Assembly: GCA_003693705.1 (NCBI GenBank)
Contig: RBZT01000404.1
Location: forward strand, 62,001-126,000
Direction: 5' to 3'
Length of the DNA: 64,000 nucleotides
Source of the DNA: Polymyxa betae A26-41
Taxonomy: Eukaryota > Protista > Endomyxa: Phytomyxea
Numbering within the stretch: position 1 is the first letter of the stretch; every line of letters begins with the position of its first letter. Below are positions 51,207 to 62,641 of the stretch, piece by piece. The position numbers were made by a program, and so were the translations under genes. The notes beneath the pieces were generated by a model that was not told where the DNA came from, ran no database searches, and saw only the letters and a list, made by a program, of their open reading frames with translations.

Positions 51207-54200
51207 ATGGAGGCGCTACCACCGCTTCACGATCATAGCGCCTGGGACGCCCTGGCCCAGGATATCGCCGCCGACGAATCGGACTGGTCGGCGTCCGTCT
51301 CGCATCAGACCGACCCGTATAGTATCCTAAACATGTACGCCATTTCAATCATCTCGAAACCGATGTGGTGCTGGCTCCGAACCATTTTCTGTTTACTCAG
51401 CGAGCACGTTTCCGGGATTGTTTAATGTTTCACATTGCATGTGGCATTTGTGTTACAGTCCTGCTGGTCGTCTTTTCCTTTTGCAAGTTGAAGAACATCG
51501 ACTTCTCCTTCAATGTGGTTTTCATGCAGAATTTTATTCCCACAGACGGAAGAGTGTCTTCAGCTGTGTTAACCTTTATCTTAGTCTGGGTTGAATTCAT
51601 CCTTTTGTTTGGTGTTTTGAAATCGGTCGCCTATGAAATGTTAACTCGATCACATTAAGGCCTTTACTTCATTATATCGTTGATGTTTTTTAACAGTTCA
51701 TTAACTGGGCTGGATTCGCTTTGCCGTCAAGGTTTCGCTTTTTCATCATTTGTGGATCTAACACCGTTCTGATATTGTGATTTACAATCTTGCTATTCTC
51801 ATAGTGTGTCTTACTGACAATTTGCTCTTCGTGTTTGATCATGTTTCCCCACTGTCTGATCATATGGCTGTTATGAACGACACATCGCTGATGATCGAAT
51901 TTCCACAGATCGCGGGCCAGTTCGGCTCATGATGTTCGTCTCCGGTACCGTCAGATGAGTCTCTTGTTCCATCCAGATCGGCATGCAACGTCCGGGTCGG
52001 CGCCGTCCGCTATCGCGTCCATATTCCCGATCGTGTCGGCGGCCAGTACGACATTGTCGGCGCCGTCGGAACGAGCCGCATTCGATATCCTGGGCGTATC
52101 GACTGAACATGATAAGGTCAGGTCGATCTGGCTGCGTTTCCGTTGATTCCGGGTTTGGGTCTGTAACGTGACATCAGTTCCCGATCTGTTACATTACGTT
52201 ACCCGGCTCCGTTTTCCGCCGTCGCCGCTTTCATTTCGCTCGTCTCGCCAACGTTTCGATATGAATCATGAAACCCTAAACCCTAACTCCTTTTTCAATA
52301 GAGCCGTTTCGATCCGTTCAGCGAGACGCTGCTAACACGCGCCGAGCTCGAGAAGCAGGTTCTCAATTCCGCCATCCAATCCGAACTGCAGCGTCGTCAG
52401 CGTCTGACGCAATGTCAGCTGGACGCCACCAGCGGTAATACCGGCCCCCCCCGGCCCGGCCGGGCCGGGTCCGCTCAGCCGAGTCGCCCGCTGAATCATC
52501 GCTGCTGTTACAGGGCCGGGTCCGGCGACGACCGAATTCCAGAGCCAGGTGCAGTTCGATATCGGTACCGGATACGACGCCGTCGGATTCGCGTCGTCGT
52601 TCACTCGCAGCCTGACGATGCGTTCGACCTGCATTCTCCAACTCTTCTGGTAAATTCATTCTTCGGTCTTCTTTCGTCATCGTTTCTCGAAACCATCTTC
52701 GCTTCTGGGTTTTATTCTTCGCTCTCGTCCCAGATTGGGCTCTGATCAATTAAGGTCAGGTCGCGAACGTATGATCTTTGGACATCGTCGAAGGTGGCGT
52801 TGGCTGTCACGAACGCCAACTTGTCGTTGGATGCGATCGGGACCAGAAAGCTGTCGCTGACGACCTCCGGACAGATGTGTGTCGGGCTGCGGACCCGTCT
52901 GCGCCAGTTCGTCACGCTCTGGTTCCGTCTGATGCACGCCTTCTCCGATTCTATGCTCGGAACACTCACGTTGACTCTGTCGCCATTACCCACCATCAGC
53001 TGTAATATCAATCAACGATTCAGCAAACGGAATCGAGGTGCGCTTTAATGCTTTGAATCTCGTTTTTTGAAGATCCCTTTCTCGGCTGCTTTTACGCCTG
53101 ATTTCTCGAACTCTTTTCCATTTCCGTTTTGTTTTTTTTACAGGGTTTTCACCTAACCCATTTTTCGTCTTGACTAAATGGCCTTCAGGCATGATGTCGT
53201 ACAACGGCGGCCTTCGTCTTTCTGGCCTGAACAGCGGTCTTGAGAGCAAAGTTCAATATCGACTCAATCGTCGTTATCACGTAATGCTGCGGGATGCTGA
53301 TTGCTGATTCGTTGCCGATCGTCGTATCAGGTATTCGCGGATCTTCACGGCTTCATCGTCGACAGCAGTCTCGAGGTCGGCATCTGTCGCCGCTTTCTTC
53401 ATGCCCCTGGTCTATCGCTGTCCTACTCGTTAACCTTCTCTGATTCCGAGGGCGTTCTCGTTAACTTAACCGCTGAGAGAGGTCCATGTCGAATTCGTCT
53501 GCCTTTATCTCTTACTGTACGCAGAACCCAAATTTCAAAGCTCAATTTATAATGTTCTCTTTAGGCCAACGAACCCGAGCCTTTCGCGCGCTATTGGAAG
53601 CTTCTCATGCTGCTTCCACTGATCGTTCAGGCGGGCGCGATCGTATTCCGATACCGACTGCAGCCTGAGCTTAGCTCTCAAGGCTTGATTTATGTTCGGC
53701 AACGTCGAGAGGCGATTCAGTGGCAGAAAGAGCACAGAAAAGAAGCTCAGCTGATTGCTATGAGAGAAGAAGGTGACGGCTGCACCGAATCGGTGTTTTG
53801 ACCTGATCTGATCCTGTTCCAGATGAGAACGGGCTGGTGATTGTTGATGCCAGATACGGCGATCTGTCGTCTCTATCCAGCCAGGATGGTCCAAATCTGT
53901 ATGGAGGCGATGATGATGATGATGAAGTCCTAGATGGAATGGAGTCGCTGTTTCCTGCAACAATCGATGCTGCTGTAGGCACTTGACGACTGTCAATTTG
54001 GCATTTTTTTTTGCAGTTTGAAATGAAAAGTTAAAAAAGTTTTTGCTTTTTTCAAACTCTTTCGGAAATCTCAAAATGTTGTTATTTTCGTTTTGGCGTT
54101 TTTTTCATCGTCCATATCGCCAACTGCCGTGTATTTAAACCATTGTCGATTCGTGTTTCTACAAAGTTCAATCACTAATGAGCATGCAGATTCCATTACA

Positions 54201-54393
54201 GATGTTGGTGAAACATGGTCGTTTGGAGATTCGCGGCTCGATCGCGTCGTTATCGGGTCTGTTCGCCGTTCGTCACAGTCCGCATTGTCGTCTGCGTATT
54301 CGATATCGCTACGATTGTGTCGATCATGAGGCCATCATTGCTGACGGCGAGGACTTCACGCTCCCGAACCCCGCCCACATTATTCGAATATAG
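51207..54393 (+). CDS. DNAJC11: DnaJ homolog subfamily C member 11 (J domain + C-terminal DUF3395-like domain)
   Basis: DPYSILNI|SRASSAHDVRLRYRQMSLLFHPDRH...RAAFDILG; later GLVIVDARYG and PLQMLVKHGRL...LRIRYRY..HEAIIADGE. Confidence 0.85.
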
Positions 54394-54677
54394 CGCCGTA
54401 TCTATTGCACAGACGAGCCAGTACGACACCCGATTGCCAAAACGTAGTCCGTATCGTCAATCAGCATTGGCACGAGCACGCTTAGGATGTGGATACAAGC
54501 CTGGCGCCATTCCATTCATTAATAGCGGGAAATCAATCCGGGTTTCGAAAGGCGAATTAATCACGGAAGGCAGTATGACCTGAAGGGCTTCTTCACGCTG
54601 TCAGATCGGGGCGCCCTTTATCTTCATTTCCCATAATCGATTATTTATCTAGATATATCGGCGTCCGGCGGTCGTCT

Positions 54678-56176
54678 ATGATGTCGTCGTTCGGGTTGCG
54701 AAGGGACGCCGGCGCCCAGCTGTTTCAATGCTCGGCGGATTCGATCGCCCGCACCTTACTGCCGGCGCAATCGCCGATCCTGATCGCCGACATCTGGTCT
54801 CTGGTCCTGCATTATACAGACGCCAGCACGCTGGCGCGATTCGCCACGGTCAGCCTGGACGCCAGCGAGATCGTCCAGCTCGAGCGTCGTCGCCGTCGTC
54901 AAGACGAACTGCAATCATGGCGTCGTGCTGCGGACGAATTCCGTCAGAAACAGGCGGCGGCCGCCCAGCGTCGGCAACGCCTGTCGCCGCGCATGGCCGA
55001 GTCGCTCGACACGCAGCTACGGGCGTCGATCAACGCCGAGCACGTCGTGCGCGCCCGCGTCCTGTTCGAATACGGCGCGCGAACGTCGCTGACGACGCAC
55101 GCCGGCCATGGCCAGGTCAACTTCGCCTCGATTTCGCAGCGCATTCTCGACGAGGACGAATCGCAAGAGCCGCGTCTGATCATGCTGGCCCAGCTGGTGC
55201 TGTTGTGCGGGCCGCCGTCCGCGACGACGTCGACCGTGGGCAACCGGCGTCTGTCGGCGTTCGACATCATCCTGTCGTTCGGCGTCGATCGACGACCGCA
55301 GACAAGCCTGCGCCTCCTGCAGATGCTGGCGGCGGCCGGGTTCCGGATCCCGTGCGCCAGCCTGCCGTCCTGGACCGCCTTCATGGACTCGTTCGCCGTC
55401 GAGAAACGATCGCAGGAGGTCAGCGGCAGCATCGTTCGCATCGCGATCGCACACCATTGTAAATTCATATCTTTTTCCGTTTTTTTTTTTATTTTCGCTC
55501 TTTTCTACAGTTTTGTTTTCCCTGTCGTACCGGCCCATGACGTTTCTCTTGTGCTAAAGGGTTCGATCTGGACAGTGTGATGGGTGACGGGTCCTGGAAT
55601 CGGTTCCCGCATGCGATTCTGGGCGCCATTCCCAGCCACTTTCTGCTATCGGAGATGATCGCGGCGGCCGCCCCCCAGATCCGATCGTGGCGTCCGGTTC
55701 AGACGCGGCGCCTGAATCGCCTGCTTCGGGACCACGGGCAATCGTCGGCCACCGTCCTCGAGTACTTTCAGCGATTCGGCCATACGCGGCGCCTGCTCCG
55801 AAGCATTCTGCTCCAGTCCCGACCGCTGCGCCAGGTCGTGCTGGTCCAATGGCCGCAGATCCTCGTGCATCTGTATGAATGCCATGACCATACGACACTG
55901 AGGCTGTTGTATGATCTGGAATCTGTTTTGGTCGGGTCGTTGGCGATCGATGATCGTGGGAATACGTTGCTGCATTATATGGCACGGGTCCCTAATCGGA
56001 TCGCTGCTCGATGTCTGGCCATGTTCACAGGCGACTCTCTCCTGAATCGTAATGATGATGGGGAGAGCGCTATGGAGGTTGCTGAGCGGTTCGGGCATTG
56101 CCTGCCGTTTAATACTGTCGAAGCCGCATCCGATGAATTATCACATCTGAGCCGCATTCACATCCTCCATGAATAA
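54678..56176 (+). CDS. F-box-like N-terminus plus C-terminal ankyrin repeats, 2 exons
   Basis: LIADIWSLVLHYTDASTLARFATVS (F-box-like); DDRGNTLLHYMA and NDDGESAMEVA (ankyrin); a T-rich intron at about 55459-55558 joins the two ORFs in frame. Confidence 0.7.
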
Positions 56177-57495
56177 ACAAATAGTTCGATGTTCCTGAAT
56201 CGAGACCTGTTGCTGTAATGAATGTTGAAGTTTCATCTTGCAGTACGAATCATCAACTCCAGTTCTGTGACCTATAATTATCTGATCGTATTGGCGAGGT
56301 CACCCGTCAACAGCAACGCTGACACAATCCTGTGATTCGCTTGGTGTCAAAAAAGTGATCGCCAACGGTGACAACTGCAGCAATTGTCATGAAGTTTTCA
56401 GATTCCTAAATTTCCAATTTTCTGGGCACAATTACAGTACACATTTCGGCTTTGCCGCGCTCGAAACTTATATTGGGAACCATGTGTACGACTCTTCGTA
56501 CAATTAGCAGGTTTGCCGAAATTAAGACGTGAGAGTTCATTTTGAATCTTCGTTTTATATTGAAGACTTTTTAATACCGACCTTGAGTTTCAGTCCTCGT
56601 AACAGTCCAATCTTTCGGCCCAAATCTGTTCATTTGAGGCTGCCTTTCATCGGTACAGAAATGCGCCCGACCTAGAGCATGACACAGGAACCCGTTCCAT
56701 GTGGTCAAACCCTGCTGGCTGCAGCCCTCCAGAGATGTTTCGTCAACATCTATTTCGGTCATTTCTTCCCAGCTTTAGCAGCGGAAAAATGACATTTCCA
56801 GCAGGACGCAGGCGTTGATACGCCACAATTCTTCGTACTGGTCCTTGGAAGCGAGCTGGTTGTCGACATTCCAAGCTGCCAAAAACTCATGCAATCCGGG
56901 AGATTGTTGAAATTCCTTGGTACGAACGGGCGACGTGTTGTCGCATTTGCTCAGGACAAGCCGTTCTTCATGTATGAAAAGTCTAACCGTCACACCCTCT
57001 TTATTCTTGATGTTTCCTCGTTTATTGATTTAAGTATCAGACTTTTATTGGCAATCCATACAATCGCCCAGCGGTTGACCATATTGATTGAAAAAGAGAA
57101 CAATAACGTAGATAATTTAAGATGGATAACAATTCAGAACAATGGGCATAACAGAGTCGATAATAAGGAGTACCTAAATATCATGAAATGAAATGATAGA
57201 CATACAGGGTTCAGTTTTCGTTCCGATCTCGAAAGAGGATATGTACTGAAGATGAAAGGAAGTTGTCACACCACTGACAATTTTAACATGATCGCCTTAG
57301 CTGGAATCGGAATAATGGGTCTCCATCGCCTGGGAGAACTCGCAAGTCGCACCACACAAGGGCTCTGCGCCATGTTTGGGTCAGTTGATAATCGGGGAAA
57401 CTGGGGGATCTCTTTGCCTGTACAAAAGAGGGATATTAATCGCGACAGCATTGTAGTGAAATATGCCAAGGAAGACATGACTGTCAAGAACCATC

Positions 57496-57680
57496 GAGAT
57501 GCCTGCATATCGTCTCTATCGTCGAGAGATGCCTGCATATTGTCTTTATCGTCGAGAGATGCCTGCATATCGTCGCTATCGTCGAGAGATGCCTTCATAT
57601 CGTCGCTATCGTCGAGAGATGCCTTCATATCGTCTCTATCGTCGATGATAGAGCTGCCTGCATATCGCTCTATCATCTAT
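57496..57680. repeat. 30-bp minisatellite, about 5-6 copies
   Basis: Unit GAGATGCCT(G/T)CATATCGTC(T/G)CTATCGTCGA repeated head to tail. Confidence 0.95.
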
Positions 57681-59244
57681 CATCGATGAATGCTGTTCAA
57701 AAACCATATCGAGTTGATGCAATCTCATCAGGACTTTGTTTACAAAGCGACAAATACAGACAAAGCGCCATATTTTGGAGACGAGGATTACAAGTACAGA
57801 AACGGACGACGATCCTGAATAATAAACACGAAGAACCCTCACGCAATGCATTAAAATAAATAACGAAATATTATTGATACACCCATACATTGGGACAGAA
57901 CGCAGCATTACAGACAGAAAGAAATATTAGAAAGATTTCGTTGAGTATATAGATGAATGCAACAACGAAAGCCCGCGCTGAACAAAATCATCACAGGCGA
58001 CCTTAACACTCGCGATCAGCGCTTTGGAATCAAACACCAAGAGAACCATGAATATTTAGACCAAATCGTTTTAACCTTGGATATAATTAGCGACAAATAC
58101 ACACCGACCAGAAAAGAAAACACATTAGATATTACATTAGCGAATAACTTCGCCGTCGAAAGTCAAATACGGACGAAGGTCCTCCATAAGCTGAGCAATG
58201 CTCACAATCCGACAAAAACAGAAGTGACACTCAAAGAAAATCCAATTCACGACAGAACAGAGCCTGAGCGGCAGAAAATTGAATACTCCCGAAAACGAGG
58301 AAAACATCCAAGAAGCAATAAAGAAATAGAGGAAGAAGAGGAACAATTAACACCAGTACCAATAAAGTTCTGGACATCACAATTGAAAAAGGCAGTCCGA
58401 CTGCATAATAAGTGCAGAAGGGTAGCAAAAACCCAAATACGAAATGAAGACACAGAACAAACATATATAAAGTACAAACAGGCTCAGAGAGACTTCAGAA
58501 AACTGTTTCGAAAGACCACGATGCAAAGATCCCACTGGTGCAGAATTTTATAAACTCATTAAACAACTAGAGCCAAACCTTAGTAAAAAGACATGGCAGC
58601 AGAACATCCATACACTCGAAGCAGATGAAGAGACTGAAAAGATTGCAAAGCAATTTGAGAGCATATTTTGGACAAGCAGTGAACCCCACAGAAACAGAAC
58701 GTCGCAAACTAAGGAACGAGCTCAGAGATATCAGAGACAGAATGCGAGACGAAGAAAGCCCGCACTTCACAATCAGAGAACTAGAGCAGGCCATCAGAAG
58801 AGCAAATATGAGATCTGCGAAAGGGCGCGACGGAATGTCCAATCGGCTTATCAAAATTGCATACAGACTTCGCAAGAATACTTCTGCAAGCAATTAATAA
58901 GCAAATCGAGATAGGAAAATACCCTCTGGAACGAATAGAAGCTAGATTAATACCACTTCTGAAGCCTAAACCTGGAGAGCACTGACCGATCAGCCAATTA
59001 CCAAACCTATCTAAATCGATAGAATATATGATACAGATCCGAATGAGAGAAATAATACAGTAGAAGCTCGATCGTATTCAATTTGGCTGCAGGCCAGGAC
59101 ATTGTACTATCCAGGCATTACTGCGTCTTATGCATTACTCGGGATATGCTGCTGGCACTGATCAGCAGTTCGGAGCTATTCTATATGACTTCACAAAAGC
59201 CTATGATAGAGTCCTGAAACATATCTTTGGTTAAAAAGATGATT

Positions 59245-59488
59245 AGTGGGTATCAAACATGCGCTTTCCGTAGCTTTTAAGGTCTGATTTAAAAGTTTTA
59301 AAAGTGCTTTTAACTCTGCAGTTGATGCTATAAATCTGTGAAAAATAGGTATTTTTCCGATTTTTTTCGCAAGTTTGCGTGGCCTCCACTTTAAAAGCGC
59401 TTTTAACATTTAAAAGCATTTCCCGAGGTGCTTTTAAGATTTAAAAGCGCTTTTAAAATTCTCCGGAACGCCGACTTTGATACCCCCT
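59245..59488. mobile_element. 244-bp MITE inserted in the LINE RT region
   Basis: TIRs AGTGGGTATCAAA and TTTGATACCCCCT (12/13 match); ATT on both sides (59242-59244, 59489-59491); removing the element restores LVKKMIESNTPAYLI. Confidence 0.85.
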
Positions 59489-61798
59489 ATTGAATCAAAC
59501 ACCCCTGCTTATCTGATAAGCATCATATATTTAACGAAAACAAAAAAATGGAATCCCACAAGGATCCAGTCTCAGTGTACTTTTATGGGACCTCCCATTA
59601 AAACCGAAACTCGCGAACACGTATGTGGATGATACAGTACGATGGGCGCGCAATAAGCCATGACAGACACGTCGCAGAAAATCGCCTAAAGTATCAACTT
59701 GAAAGAATGATCACCTGGTGCGAGAAGAATAAGATTAGAATCAACACCGACAAAACATTCGTATTATTCAATGAACATAACCCAGATGACTGCATTGTAA
59801 CAGATAAAATGACCATAAAAACGACTGAGTCGATACGCTACTTAGGAGCCCAACTAACAGCCAACAATGACAATAACAATTCAACATTTCTCATACAAAC
59901 GAGCAAGGTCGCGTTGTAAGGTTATCAAGCAAATTCAAAAGTACAAAATTCCCCGAAAAGTATGTAAACAAGCATGTACGGCCTTGATTGGAGGTATCTT
60001 CAACTATTACCTACCCTGGATGGGAGGAGAAATGCATATTAAAGGCACCCTGCGCCCTATTGAAATTGCATACAACGAATATATGAGAACATACACAAGA
60101 TGTCTAAGATCCACTCCAATCCCCATACTTTATGCAGTCTCGAAATTCCCTCTGCTAGAAGATAAAATCAGCACTGACTCTACACTGAGAGTATTACAAG
60201 CTGTTGCACAGGGAAATCTACTGGCAGATGATTACTCGAAATGGGGACAAGGCAGGATGTCATGTCGACGGATGAACCCCCTTTCGGGAAAGCCAGACAG
60301 GGCCTAGAAAGACGATATGGCTCACGCATCCATTCCCAAGATCTAATACCTTCAAAGATCCTTGAGCGGTTAACAAAATGTAAATTCCACACGAGTGATA
60401 AGAAAACAGCCATGGAGAAACGCCGAAACGGAGAATGAATCCCAATACCCAGATATCGCAATTTGGACTGACGGGTCCTGGAATAGAGAACCGCAAGACC
60501 AATGCTAGAGCAGATCTAGACACAATCAGATCTTTTAACCACAAAATCGCCAGATACACATATTTACTGGTTCTCTTTCTTGTCTACAGCAGCTTGCCAC
60601 GTTACCGTACAAATACAGATTCGCTAACGCAATAGTAATCGATGTAACAGAAAGTCTAGGTAGCACTGGCAATAAGAAACCAAGTCGATCTACAAACATT
60701 TCATACGGATGAAATCCCTGAAAGTGATGCAATCGATCTATAAGTTAAAAGGGCTGCGGATATTGGAGACGATATTGTGCACGACCCAGTTATCTGTTCA
60801 TACAGAAACTTAAACTGAAAAAAGATGGAAAACGAATTCGTAAGAAGTTCGTAGAGGACAACGTCAAAGAAGTCAGTTCACAAACTATCCCAACAGACTG
60901 CCATTACGTGATGGATATGTGAGAATCCGACATAGACCTGGGTTCACAGATATCCGTCTCAAAATAGATCATGCGTTGGTACATCTCAGAAGAAGATAAT
61001 ACGTGTAGGCATTGTAACAAGTATCCCGAAACGATAGAACACCAATTGGTCAAGTGCAAAAAGCTCAAAACACAACTAAAGAAATTCTCCCGAGAGTACA
61101 AAAGACGAAAAATCACCGATTTTAACGAAGCACTTTACATTCTAGAAAAGCTCATGAGAAAGTTTCTCAACGCAGGCTATAAACACGGATGCTATATATA
61201 ACGACAAAGAGGGAGAGCATAATCAGTAGGGGTGTATTAGGGGGAGTAGGGTACATGGGTTCGAGTCCCTGTTGGTTCATACTTCACTGAGGCATTCTTA
61301 GGTCCGGACATAGGGGGCCGAACTCTGATGAATCTTCTACAAAACGGGTGAAATAATGTCCGCTCCGAAAATGGATAGAAGGAGCAGGACTATACTACCT
61401 AGTGACCATATGTGTCCTATAGGCCATGTCCTTAGGAGATAGCACCGCCTCTTGATACTTGATGACAATCAACGAACTATTCGAATCGAATCCAAATCCA
61501 ATCCAAAATCATGTATCAATATTAAGTTTTGGGGGGCCAACTTTCCTCTCATGTGGTCAAACATAAGTAACCGATGATGGTCAAATCAGCATGTCTCACC
61601 ATCAAATGTTGCCACTCGAAGACTTTATAGCTGTAGAATTCGTGATTACAGATCTGCTTAGCAAAATCAAAATAACTTTGTTAGATTTTAGCTGAGATGC
61701 GGTTAGGGTTTACGGTTTCAGGGTTTCAAAACTGCGAATGTCAAGCAAACCCATCGAGAGATTCCTGGACAGAGGAGCTGTCGGTCTGTCATTCAGCC

Positions 61799-62641
61799 AT
61801 GTTGATCAACAAAGACACGATCTTGAACGGCCCGAGAGTATCGCTGGTTCCTTATCGAGTAGTGCTCTCTACAGAGTCGATCAGCTGCTGCTAACAACTG
61901 TCCTTACAGGTCGACCATGTCCCTGAATATCATTCCTGGATGCAGGTCAGATCGAATCTCTTCGTCTTGGCAACTTTTTAATTTTTTTTCGTTGTTTGAC
62001 TGTGTGGCTTTTATCTGATGATTTGTCAATTCAGGATCCTGAAATCTTGGAGTTGACCGCCTCGGAGCCTCTAACTCTAGAAGAGGAGTACGCCATGCAG
62101 CAGGAATGGCTCAATGACCCTCATAAATGCACCTTCATTGTGGTTGATCGAGAGTCGGGACGTCCTGTTGGAGATGTGAACATCTTCACCGAATTCCACG
62201 AACCTGGAGAAGGCGAAATTGATGTCAGTTCGCTTGCTAACAATTGCTTTCTTTTGCATTTTTCAGCTATTCGATTTTTTTTCGCGAAAATTTCTTCTTT
62301 TTTGTTTTAGATTTGCAAACATTTCGAGCATTATTCTGAAATATGTTTCCAGGTAATGATAGCGTTGAAAGAGTTCCGGCGTAGAGGGTTGGCGTCCGAA
62401 GCCTTGATGTTGATGATGAATTACGCTCGTGATGCCCTTGGATTAAGACAGCTGGAGGCCAAGATCAAGGCCAATAATGGACCATCACAAACGTTATTCG
62501 AACGGATGGGATTCCATCAGATATCGTTCACTGAATGTTTCAATGAATTTACATATCTCAAGTGTCCACTTTACACTCCATCTGATTTTGCCTCTTCGTT
62601 TTTGAATTGGAGGGCTCTCGGACCGAATTGTTAGATCATAG
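61799..62641 (+). CDS. NAT9: N-acetyltransferase 9 (GNAT), multi-exon
   Basis: MLINKDT..RVSLVPYR|VDHVPEYHSWMQ|DPEILELTASEPLTLEEEYAMQQEW..DPHKCTFI..VGDVNIF..EID|VMIA..RRRGLASEA; stop at 62634 or 62641. Confidence 0.92.

Larger units (their letters stand above)
57430..61510 (+). mobile_element. Decayed non-LTR retrotransposon (APE endonuclease, RT, RNase H, CCHC)
   Basis: IITGDLN, TLDITL, SAKGRDGM, IPLLKP, QFGCRPG, DFTKAYDRV, GIPQGS, YVDD, IRYLG, IWTDGS, CRHC..ETIEHQLVKC; many stops and frameshifts; (AATCC/AATCG)-like tail at about 61480-61510; 5' boundary approximate. Confidence 0.92.

Noticed and set aside
51365-51658. 97-aa hydrophobic ORF as a membrane protein
   Set aside because: It lies in a T-rich intron that must be removed to rebuild the J-domain; the hydrophobicity is compositional.
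54728-56098. Several long alternative ORFs over the F-box/ankyrin gene
   Set aside because: High GC content depletes stop codons; no motifs are present.
56571-57250. LINE ORF1/gag or a separate gene upstream of the endonuclease
   Set aside because: No CCHC knuckle or RRM motif is visible and the frames are short; left unassigned.
57252-57689. 145-aa (+) and 136-aa (-) repeat ORFs
   Set aside because: They result from the stop-free 30-bp minisatellite.
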